DNA from: a virus
Lineage: Duplodnaviria; Caudoviricetes
Length of the DNA: 64,000 bases
Virus record (IMG/VR): IMGVR_UViG_3300025924_000017
Location: 64,001 to 128,000 of that record
Reading direction: 5' to 3' (one strand)
The position numbers were made by a program, and so were the translations under genes. The notes under the pieces were generated by a model, which saw only the letters and a list, made by a program, of their open reading frames with translations, searched no databases and had not been told where the DNA came from. Shown in pieces: positions 28,618-35,062 of this stretch (position 1 is the first letter of the stretch; every line of letters begins with the position of its first letter).

Positions 28618-29145
28618 ATGCCCCGAACTCTGATCGTGAACGCGCTGGCAGGCCCCGGCGCGGGCAAGAGCACTTTGGCTTACGGCCTGATCGCTATGCT
28701 CAAGAGCAAGGGACATCGCGCCGAGTATGTCCCGGAGTTCGCGAAGGAGCTTACCTATCAGCGGGACTTCGTAGCCCTCGCCAATCAGCATGAGGTTACG
28801 AAGGAGCAGGACAGACGCCTGCGCGATCTACTGGGGCAAGTGGATATCGTCGTACACGACACTGCTTTGCCGTTGGCCCTTGTTTATTGCTCCGTGTCAT
28901 ATCGGCAGCCGTGGTTCGAACGCAGGGTGTGGGAGTTGTTCGACAGCTACCGCAATTTCAACGTCTTCGTGACGCGGAAGAAGCAATATCAGACGTACGG
29001 ACGTAAAGAGTCCGAAGCGGAAGCACATGAATTGGATGATCGCATCCTGCAACTGTTCGAAGGTCGTATCGATCTCACAGTGGAAGGGAACGATCAAGCA
29101 GTGGAGAGAGTTTACGCAGCGCTCATGGCGCTGCCGAAAGAGTAA
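28618..29145 (+). CDS. P-loop NTPase/nucleotide kinase (AAA_28/NadR-like)
   Basis: Walker A GPGAGKST, AEYVPEFAKEL, VVHDTALPL. Confidence 0.8.
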   Translation: MPRTLIVNALAGPGAGKSTLAYGLIAMLKSKGHRAEYVPEFAKELTYQRDFVALANQHEVTKEQDRRLRDLLGQVDIVVHDTALPLALVYCSVSYRQPWFERRVWELFDSYRNFNVFVTRKKQYQTYGRKESEAEAHELDDRILQLFEGRIDLTVEGNDQAVERVYAALMALPKE

Positions 29146-29148
29146 AGT

Positions 29149-29224
29149 ACCGGTTTAGCTCAGCGGTAGAGCGGTGGTCTCCAAAACCACGTCTGCGGAG
29201 GTTCGATCCCTTCAACCGGTGCCA
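29149..29224 (+). tRNA. tRNA-Trp(CCA)
   Basis: Full cloverleaf, loop CTCCAAA, encoded CCA. Confidence 0.9.
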
Positions 29225-29339
29225 GATTGCGAGTGTGTGGGGACGCACAGAGTCGTGCCTCGCCGGGACGACGGCCAGAAATGGATCACGAGTGCACGAG
29301 CGGGCTGATACCGCCACGTTGCTCCGGCCTCGCAAAGCT

Positions 29340-29414
29340 ATCGGTGTAGCTCAGTGGTAGAGCGGCGGCTTCCAATCCCGCGCGTCGGTGGTTCGATTCC
29401 ATCCACCTTTGCCA
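29340..29414 (+). tRNA. tRNA-Trp(CCA)-like with defective acceptor stem
   Basis: Normal D, anticodon (TTCCAAT) and T arms; two acceptor mismatches; CCA end. Confidence 0.55.
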
Positions 29415-29502
29415 ACTTGACGGCCCGTGAAAACGGTGACCGCCGCCCCGGGGGCAACCCCTCGAAGTACAAGAGACACGTATAGTCTCCGGGGAGAAAT
29501 AC

Positions 29503-29576
29503 GCGGGTCTGGTCTAGTGGCTGGGCCTCGGAGTGCCACTCCGATGAAGTCGGTTCGATCCCGGCGACCCGCACCA
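29503..29576 (+). tRNA. tRNA-Gly(GCC)
   Basis: Cloverleaf, loop GTGCCAC, CCA. Confidence 0.85.
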
Positions 29577-29580
29577 AATT

Positions 29581-29657
29581 GCGGCTGTCATTGATAATAG
29601 GCAGTCAGCCAGCCTTCCAAGCTGGAAGTACCGGATCGTCCCCGGTCAGCCGCTCCA
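29581..29657 (+). tRNA. tRNA-Gly(TCC)
   Basis: Loop CTTCCAA, T loop ATCGTCC, CCA. Confidence 0.8.
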
Positions 29658-29856
29658 TTGTGTGCCGGTGTCTCTTGCTTCGGCGCGTGCGGTCTAGCCG
29701 ATCTGCACGGCCCTATGTTACGCACCGCTCCCTGCCCATCCACGCTCCGCAAGGCTTTACGGCGGTCGGTGTGGAATGGGTTCGCTGGAGGGGAGGCGCT
29801 GGACGGCCCAGCAGGGGAGGCGTGGGCAACGTCAGCCGCAAAATCTTCGAGGATCG

Positions 29857-30495
29857 ATGTCACACTACCCCAACTTCGGTATTCCTGCCGTCTACGTCGA
29901 TCCAAGCATCGTCAGCTTCACGGCGACACCGGCGCTCGCCGAGTTGGGCAGCACCGTCGATAGCGTTGTCCTCCGCTGGGACATCGCGAAGCAGCCGCTC
30001 TCGCTAATCGTTGACGGCGCAACGCTACCGCTGAACACACTACTCGTCACCAAAGAAGGCCCATTCACGACCAACCAGTCTTGGTCGATGAAAGCAGGCG
30101 ACGCCGAAGAGACGTTGACCGCGAAGACGACTCTTCAATTCGTCAACAAGCTCTACTCCGGTTTTGTCACCAGCGCGCCGACCAACAGCGCCGGTATTCT
30201 TGCGCTCGAAAACAGCACACTCAGCACCACACGCCAGTCGTCCGCGCAGATTGGCGCGCCAGCCGGTAAAGTTTGGTGCTACGCATATCCGAAGCGTCTC
30301 GGCACTGTGAAGATCGCGCGCGAAATTCCGAGCGGCGTGTGGGTGCCGACGACGTTGACCCAGAGCATGGTGTCCGGTACCGACTACACTGTCAGCGTCG
30401 TGTCATTCACGAATGCCTCCGGTTATACCGAGGATTATAACGTCGTGACCTTCAGCAATCCGCAGCCTGACAACACCGTGCTGACCTTCGGTTAG
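29857..30495 (+). CDS. Virion-like beta protein inside tRNA region
   Basis: ATG 29857; C-terminal half resembles C-terminus of ORF 54285. Confidence 0.7.
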   Translation: MSHYPNFGIPAVYVDPSIVSFTATPALAELGSTVDSVVLRWDIAKQPLSLIVDGATLPLNTLLVTKEGPFTTNQSWSMKAGDAEETLTAKTTLQFVNKLYSGFVTSAPTNSAGILALENSTLSTTRQSSAQIGAPAGKVWCYAYPKRLGTVKIAREIPSGVWVPTTLTQSMVSGTDYTVSVVSFTNASGYTEDYNVVTFSNPQPDNTVLTFG

Positions 30496-30505
30496 CACAT
30501 AATCG

Positions 30506-30532
30506 TTGACAATACCGCCGCGATGTGCGACA
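30506..30532 (+). promoter_or_regulatory. Promoter-like motif before leader 1
   Basis: TTGACAATACCGCCGCGATGTGCGACA. Confidence 0.6.
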
Positions 30533-30540
30533 ACCCCAAT

Positions 30541-30627
30541 ATGACGACTGTTCTTACCACGTCTGTCCTTCTTTCTCCCCGTGAGCTTGAACGCTCGACG
30601 GGTCGAGATATGCACGTCGTCGCCTAA
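30541..30627 (+). CDS. Putative leader peptide 1 (MTTVLTTSVLLSPRELERSTGRDMHVVA)
   Basis: 28-aa ORF between promoter motif and Glu/Asp tRNAs; stop lies in loop of a long hairpin. Confidence 0.55.
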   Translation: MTTVLTTSVLLSPRELERSTGRDMHVVA

Positions 30628-30669
30628 ACGGCACGACGTAAACTCCGCCCGTCCGAACTCAGCTTCTAT

Positions 30670-30745
30670 CCGGGCATCTTACTATCAGCGAAGTGGACGG
30701 GCTTTCAACCCGTAGAGCCGGGGGCAGCACCCGGTGTCCGGACCA
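30670..30745 (+). tRNA. tRNA-Glu(TTC)
   Basis: Loop CTTTCAA; T loop GGCAGCA; CCA. Confidence 0.8.
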
Positions 30746-30746
30746 T

Positions 30747-30822
30747 GCAAGATTCGTCTAGCGGTCTAGGATACTGGAACCTCACTCCAGTGACATCGGT
30801 TCAAATCCGTTATCTTGCGCCA
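30747..30822 (+). tRNA. tRNA-Glu(CTC)
   Basis: Loop ACCTCAC; TTCAAAT T loop; CCA. Confidence 0.8.
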
Positions 30823-30863
30823 AGCTGATCTCGATCCACCATCATCCGTACACTGAATAACTC

Positions 30864-30940
30864 GGGCGTGTAGCCGTCTGGTTGACGGCACCGGCTTGTC
30901 AAGCCGCCAGAGGCGAGTTCAATTCTCGTCACGCCCGCCA
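30864..30940 (+). tRNA. tRNA-Asp(GTC)
   Basis: Loop TTGTCAA; G73; CCA. Confidence 0.85.
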
Positions 30941-30941
30941 C

Positions 30942-31016
30942 GGTCTGTTCGTCTACCAGCTAGGATACTCGCCTGTCACGCGGGAGGAACGGGGGCAGCA
31001 CCCGTACAGATCGCCA
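30942..31016 (+). tRNA. tRNA-Asp(GTC)
   Basis: Loop CTGTCAC; T loop GGCAGCA; CCA. Confidence 0.85.
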
Positions 31017-31018
31017 CC

Positions 31019-31044
31019 TGTCATGGAAATTATGTTTCATGACA
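31019..31044. promoter_or_regulatory. 26-bp imperfect palindrome (operator-like)
   Basis: TGTCATGGAAATTATGTTTCATGACA. Confidence 0.5.
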
Positions 31045-31128
31045 CGGCCGTAACGTCGCAATTCTTGACTATGATGTCGCAAAGCGCGACAATTCTTGCT
31101 TCCCACAAATTTCCATCGGACTACGACA

Positions 31129-31332
31129 GTGGCGCAAGGCAAGAAGAACTTCATCCAAAAGGCGATCCCCAAGTCCCATCGCGGCGACCTTCACAAGGCG
31201 CTGGGCATTCCCAAGGGCAACATCATCCCGCACGACGTGCTTGAGGCAGCGGCGAAGCGGAAGGGCAAGGTCGGCGAGGAAGCGCGGTTAGCGCTCACCC
31301 TCGAAGGCATGCACCCCAGCGCGAAGAAGTAA
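31129..31332 (+). CDS. Small basic phage protein
   Basis: KNFIQKAI...GDLHKALGIP.G..IP...LEAAAKRKGKVGEEARLALTL pattern. Confidence 0.7.
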   Translation: MAQGKKNFIQKAIPKSHRGDLHKALGIPKGNIIPHDVLEAAAKRKGKVGEEARLALTLEGMHPSAKK

Positions 31333-31335
31333 GCT

Positions 31336-31509
31336 GTGAAGCACCAGAAGACCAAGGCGCCATCGCAGCGCCACCCGCAGGCCAAGAGCCTTCAGAATCT
31401 CCACGGCGCCAACGCGCCCGGCGCCGCATCGGCACAGATGCTTGTCGGCGGCCAGCAGGTTTCCCCAACCGATCCCGGCGTACAGGCGTGCGCAATGACC
31501 GGTAACTGA
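31336..31509 (+). CDS. Small hypothetical protein
   Basis: GTG start after upstream stop. Confidence 0.4.
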   Translation: MKHQKTKAPSQRHPQAKSLQNLHGANAPGAASAQMLVGGQQVSPTDPGVQACAMTGN

Positions 31510-31597
31510 ACATACCTTTCACAGAGGGCATGAGTGTAGGGCCGAAGCAGCGATGCTTCGGCCCTAAACTTTTTCTTGACCACTTTGTTTTGAATTG

Positions 31598-31624
31598 TTG
31601 ACTCGTTGTTCGTAATATGAGACA
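31598..31624 (+). promoter_or_regulatory. Promoter-like motif before leader 2
   Basis: TTGACTCGTTGTTCGTAATATGAGACA. Confidence 0.6.
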
Positions 31625-31669
31625 TACATCCCACACGGTGCTCATTCCGAGCGCCACGAAGGTTTGAAA

Positions 31670-31765
31670 ATGTTCGCAGTGCTTAAATCCAAGCCGAGTA
31701 CACATCTGGCATCCGCCAGCGTGCTGTCGCTCGCCTTGTCGCCTGCGACCACGCCAGCTATCTAA
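31670..31765 (+). CDS. Putative leader peptide 2 (MFAVLKSKPSTHLASASVLSLALSPATTPAI)
   Basis: 31-aa ORF; 26 of 30 post-Met codons are Pro/Thr/Lys/Leu/His/Ala/Ser, the amino acids of the downstream tRNAs. Confidence 0.75.
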   Translation: MFAVLKSKPSTHLASASVLSLALSPATTPAI

Positions 31766-31866
31766 AGCCGCGTCCGCGCGGCTCACGAGCCGCGCTCCAC
31801 CTTCTGAACTCCCCACACCCAGATCAGATCGCAGAGTTCGGCTCCTAAACAGGAGAACGAATACGT

Positions 31867-31942
31867 CTGCGTATAGCTTAGCTTGGTAGAGTACGACCCT
31901 CGGACGGTTGGGGCGGAGGTTCAAATCCTCCTACGCAGACCA
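31867..31942 (+). tRNA. tRNA-Pro(CGG)
   Basis: Loop CTCGGAC; CCA. Confidence 0.9.
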
Positions 31943-32010
31943 AGTTTACGGATCACGTGCGGAGGTTCAAATCCTCCTACGCAGACCAAGTTTACGGATC
32001 ACGTGCGGAG
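31913..32010 (+). repeat. 46-bp tandem duplication of tRNA-Pro 3' end
   Basis: GCGGAGGTTCAAATCCTCCTACGCAGACCAAGTTTACGGATCACGT x2 plus GCGGAG. Confidence 0.9.
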
Positions 32011-32034
32011 ATTCGCACTGAGACGATCTGAATT

Positions 32035-32123
32035 CAGAGTGTCGGGTAGCTTGGCTGATCTCGCCCGGTTTGGGGCCGGGAGTCGAAAGACACACGTTGG
32101 TTCGAATCCAACCACTCTGACCA
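32035..32123 (+). tRNA. tRNA-Pro(TGG), long variable arm
   Basis: Loop TTTGGGG; variable arm with GTC-GAAA-GAC; CCA. Confidence 0.85.
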
Positions 32124-32131
32124 TTTTTAAT

Positions 32132-32206
32132 CAGGCTTTAGCTCAGCAGGAGAGCGCCCGCTCGGGAAGCGGGAGGACGCTGTGGCAGTGACAGCAAGCC
32201 TGACCA
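32132..32206 (+). tRNA. tRNA-Pro(GGG)
   Basis: Loop TCGGGAA; T loop GGCAGTG; CCA. Confidence 0.85.
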
Positions 32207-32281
32207 GTTTCGTGCGGTGTCTGAGCGCTACAAATATCGGGAGACAGAAAAGCGAGACTTCCCGAGCCGCACTTCGAATTC

Positions 32282-32363
32282 GCCGGTTTGGCTCAGCAGC
32301 GACAGCAGCAGTTTTGTAAACTGCCATTCCACATCGGGGGTGCGAGTCCCTCAACCGGCACCA
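32282..32363 (+). tRNA. tRNA-Thr(TGT)
   Basis: Loop TTTGTAA; T loop TGCGAGT; CCA. Confidence 0.8.
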
Positions 32364-32370
32364 TCATCAT

Positions 32371-32445
32371 GCCCTCGAATAAGAGAAAGCGCTTTGCGTC
32401 ATTGGTAGTGACGAGAGGAACGGGCAGGTCGTTCCGGGGGCACCA
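32371..32445 (+). tRNA. tRNA-Thr(GGT)
   Basis: Loop TTGGTAG; T loop GGCAGGT; weak D arm; CCA. Confidence 0.7.
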
Positions 32446-32452
32446 ACAACAC

Positions 32453-32527
32453 GCCGACTAAATTGAGATAGCGTAAGACCGGACTCGTAATCTGGTAGGG
32501 GTGGCGCAAGTCCACCAGTCGGCACCA
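32453..32527 (+). tRNA. tRNA-Thr(CGT)
   Basis: Loop CTCGTAA; CCA. Confidence 0.8.
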
Positions 32528-32542
32528 AATCAAATCGAATAT

Positions 32543-32632
32543 GCGCTGGTGACCCGAGTAGCGAAGGGCTGAGACTCTTAATCTCATGATCTAAAAAATC
32601 CATCGCGGGTGCGAGTCCCGCCCAGCACACCA
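32543..32632 (+). tRNA. tRNA-Lys(CTT), long variable region
   Basis: Loop CTCTTAA; CCA. Confidence 0.8.
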
Positions 32633-32637
32633 ATTGA

Positions 32638-32731
32638 GCGCCGGTGACCCGAGAAGCGAAGGGCCGGGACTTTTAATCCTGTTTGGTGTTCAACACCATC
32701 GTCGTGGGTGCGAGTCCCACTCGGCACACCA
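32638..32731 (+). tRNA. tRNA-Lys(TTT), long variable arm
   Basis: Loop CTTTTAA; TGGTG-TTCAA-CACCA arm; CCA. Confidence 0.8.
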
Positions 32732-32741
32732 GTTTCAGTTT

Positions 32742-32825
32742 GGCCCTATGGCGTAATAGTAGGCGCGCTGGCTTCAGATACCAGTGTCTTTGGACGTGGG
32801 GGTGCAAGTCCCTCTAGGGCTACCA
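32742..32825 (+). tRNA. tRNA-Leu(CAG)
   Basis: Loop TTCAGAT; type II; A73. Confidence 0.85.
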
Positions 32826-32830
32826 AATTT

Positions 32831-32915
32831 GCTCCCGTGGCGGAACGGTAGACGCGCTCCCCTTAAAGCGGAGTGACCTCGTGTCGTGGGAGTTCGATTC
32901 TCTCCGGGAGTACCA
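32831..32915 (+). tRNA. tRNA-Leu(TAA)
   Basis: Loop CTTAAAG; type II. Confidence 0.85.
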
Positions 32916-32924
32916 GAAGAATTT

Positions 32925-33011
32925 GTCCGGCTGATCGGAATCAGTAGACGTGCTCGGCTCAAACCCGAGTGCCCTTGTGGCGTAGAGGTGCAAGTCCTCT
33001 GCCGGACACCA
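32925..33011 (+). tRNA. tRNA-Leu(CAA)
   Basis: Loop CTCAAAC; type II. Confidence 0.9.
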
Positions 33012-33015
33012 GTTT

Positions 33016-33099
33016 GCTCTTGTGGCGTAAAGGTAGGCGCGTTGGTTCGAGAAGCCAATGGGTAAAACCGTGGGGGTTCAAGTCCCTCCAAGAGCACCA
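33016..33099 (+). tRNA. tRNA-Leu(GAG)
   Basis: Loop TCGAGAA; type II. Confidence 0.9.
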
Positions 33100-33219
33100 A
33101 GTTGAGTGATCGCAAGCGTTAGGACCCTGTGCTGCTCCACGATGCACTGACAAGGTCTCACGGCGATTGAGAGAGGGCATCTCACGGCGGGTCCGCTCCG
33201 CACCACTCAAACAAAACAT

Positions 33220-33295
33220 GCTGACGTAGGACCTGAGGCTGGGTCGCCTGATTGTGAGTCAGGAGTGAGTGGTTCGATTCCGCACGTCAGTACCA
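33220..33295 (+). tRNA. tRNA-His(GTG), A73 and no G-1
   Basis: Loop TTGTGAG; ends CGTCAGT-A-CCA. Confidence 0.85.
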
Positions 33296-33304
33296 ATTCA
33301 ATTC

Positions 33305-33377
33305 GGGGTGTCCGCGAGGTCCGGACTTGATCTTTGCAAGATCGAAGCGGTGGGTGCGAGACCCACACACTCCGCCA
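33305..33377 (+). tRNA. tRNA-Ala(TGC), short D arm
   Basis: Loop TTTGCAA; G3:U70. Confidence 0.75.
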
Positions 33378-33384
33378 AGTATAT

Positions 33385-33460
33385 GGGCCTGTAGCTCAGT
33401 TGGGAGAGCGCCTGATTTGCACTCAGGATGTCGGGGGTTCAAATCCTCTCAGGTCCACCA
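33385..33460 (+). tRNA. tRNA-Ala(TGC)
   Basis: Canonical cloverleaf; G3:U70. Confidence 0.95.
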
Positions 33461-33466
33461 ACATAC

Positions 33467-33553
33467 GGATGCTGAACCCGGCGCGGGCTGGGACTCGCCT
33501 CGAAAGCGATGGGAGCCTCACGGCTTGGAGATCGAGCCTTCCGGCATCCGCCA
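33467..33553 (+). tRNA. tRNA-Ser(CGA)
   Basis: Loop CTCGAAA; long variable arm; G73. Confidence 0.85.
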
Positions 33554-33569
33554 ATCAAATGCGAAGAAG

Positions 33570-33863
33570 ATGAAGAAGATCGGAAAGAGATATCTGGAGC
33601 GAGCGCAATACTACCGACGTCTCGCGCACGCTACGTGTCCGACCTTGGACTTCTCCGATGAGGCGCTGCGCCGCTGCTACGAATGGGAGAGCCACGGTGT
33701 GCGCTGTAGCGATCCAGACAACGGATACATGACAGGCAAGTCGCTCGTGAACCTGAATGTCGCAATGTGGAAGGAAGACATCGTTCGCGGAACGCTTTTT
33801 CTGTTCGAGTTGCGTGAGGACCCTGACATTCCAGAATGGGTCTTGAAGAATTTCGGAGAGTGA
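33570..33863 (+). CDS. Hypothetical protein inside tRNA array
   Basis: MKKIGKRY...; stop overlaps 5' end of next tRNA. Confidence 0.6.
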   Translation: MKKIGKRYLERAQYYRRLAHATCPTLDFSDEALRRCYEWESHGVRCSDPDNGYMTGKSLVNLNVAMWKEDIVRGTLFLFELREDPDIPEWVLKNFGE

Positions 33864-33946
33864 ACCGAGCAGGGATGCCGGGCGCGTTTGCTAAACGATG
33901 CGGAGGCCGAAAGGCTTTTTCGGATCAAGACCGACGCTCTCCTCCA
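33855..33946 (+). tRNA. tRNA-Ser(GCT)
   Basis: Loop TTGCTAA; long variable arm; CCA. Confidence 0.8.
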
Positions 33947-33951
33947 GTCAT

Positions 33952-34043
33952 GGATGCTTGGCCGAGTGGCTTAAGGCGGCGGATTTGAAATCCGCAGGAC
34001 CTCACGCGAGGTTCCGTCCGTTCAAATCGGACAGCATCCTCCA
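33952..34043 (+). tRNA. tRNA-Ser(TGA)
   Basis: Loop TTTGAAA; long variable arm. Confidence 0.9.
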
Positions 34044-34113
34044 ATCTAGGGCCTAGCGCAGCGCAACGTCGCGGGAAGGGTGAGAGGGTAGCGTCGCGGC
34101 TACCCGCGTAATT

Positions 34114-34205
34114 GGAGAGTGAACCGGACACGCGTGCCGGGCCTGCTTGGAAAGCAACGCGGACGGTGCAAGCCGTTTGGGGCGCAAGTCCTCCGCTCTC
34201 CGCCA
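34114..34205 (+). tRNA. tRNA-Ser(GGA)
   Basis: Loop TTGGAAA; long variable arm. Confidence 0.8.
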
Positions 34206-34283
34206 AATCGCTTGACACGATCCACGTCAGTGTGCCATAGAATGCGACATCGCGCTTCTGCACCGGCGCGTCGGCCTAACGGC

Positions 34284-34383
34284 TAGGCCGGAGGGTTCGT
34301 CGAAGGGCGGAGAGGAGCAGGCTACGAGCCTGCGACCACATTGGTCTGAAAATCCGCCGCCCTGCGATCAACCCTCCGGCTAT
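34284..34383 (+). ncRNA. Candidate structured ncRNA
   Basis: 11-bp closing stem GCCGGAGGGTT/AACCCTCCGGC enclosing three further helices; TTGACA at 34212. Confidence 0.45.
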
Positions 34384-34398
34384 CAATTTTGGAAGTCG

Positions 34399-34611
34399 AT
34401 GTCACCTGAAGCTCTCACTCTGATCGCTAAGCTCCACGAAGCCCGCGACAAGCAAAACGCACCCCACGCGATCTACGCAACCGATAGGCCTGAGATGCTG
34501 GCGCTCGTTGCCGAACTCGTTGAACACGGTTATCTCGTCAAGCGTGTGCGTCGGGAAGTCGATCCTTTCGATTCCTACATGACAACTGACAAGAGCCTCC
34601 CAAACGCATGA
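34399..34611 (+). CDS. Hypothetical protein
   Basis: ORF track. Confidence 0.6.
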   Translation: MSPEALTLIAKLHEARDKQNAPHAIYATDRPEMLALVAELVEHGYLVKRVRREVDPFDSYMTTDKSLPNA

Positions 34612-34805
34612 GGCGGCGCAAGTCTTTTCCAGAACTCGAAGCGCGCGAGCGCGCGATCCGTGACAGCGACCACGCGCGGATAGCTCGGGGTTTGGAGCCG
34701 ATCCGCTGCCCACGATGCGGAGAGAACGCTTCGCACTTCTTCCCACCCTGTTTCGGCGACCCCGGCTTTTGGACGTGCGTCGGTGTCATGGTACCAGCCA
34801 CATGA
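34608..34805 (+). CDS. Small zinc-finger-like protein
   Basis: CPRCG...CFG...WTC; ATGA coupling. Confidence 0.55.
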   Translation: MRRRKSFPELEARERAIRDSDHARIARGLEPIRCPRCGENASHFFPPCFGDPGFWTCVGVMVPAT

Positions 34806-35023
34806 CGTGCAGCACCGCCAGACGCTACCAATACCTGAACGTCATCACCGACACCGGCGAGCGCAAGGTCTTGCGTGTCTCCGACGCCACCATGCGCCGC
34901 ATCACCGAAGCCGCCCACAAGGCTAAGAACCCGACGATCTGGCAGCGGATCGTGCGGGCGTTTAAGCGCGTCTTCGCATCTGTCGCGGATCGTGTCACAG
35001 CAGGGTTGACAAAACGACGCTGA
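34802..35023 (+). CDS. Hypothetical protein
   Basis: ATGA coupling. Confidence 0.55.
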   Translation: MTCSTARRYQYLNVITDTGERKVLRVSDATMRRITEAAHKAKNPTIWQRIVRAFKRVFASVADRVTAGLTKRR

Positions 35024-35062
35024 GCGGATATGCCGGGTCTTCGCCATGTGAAGGACCCGACA

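Noticed and set aside
31913-32010. Possible CRISPR-like repeat
   Set aside because: Only two abutting copies with no spacer, derived from a tRNA 3' end.
32742-32825. TTCAGA loop read as TCA (selenocysteine/opal suppressor)
   Set aside because: The 7-nt loop register gives CAG; Leu-type D arm and A73; no extended acceptor.
29338-34263. Many short ORFs in the track across the tRNA region (e.g. 29338-29577, 31883-32191, 32774-33115, 33925-34263)
   Set aside because: They are translations of tRNA genes.
34242-34286. Fourth leader peptide (MRHRASAPARRPNG)
   Set aside because: The ATG overlaps the probable -10 region, no tRNAs follow, and there is no codon match.
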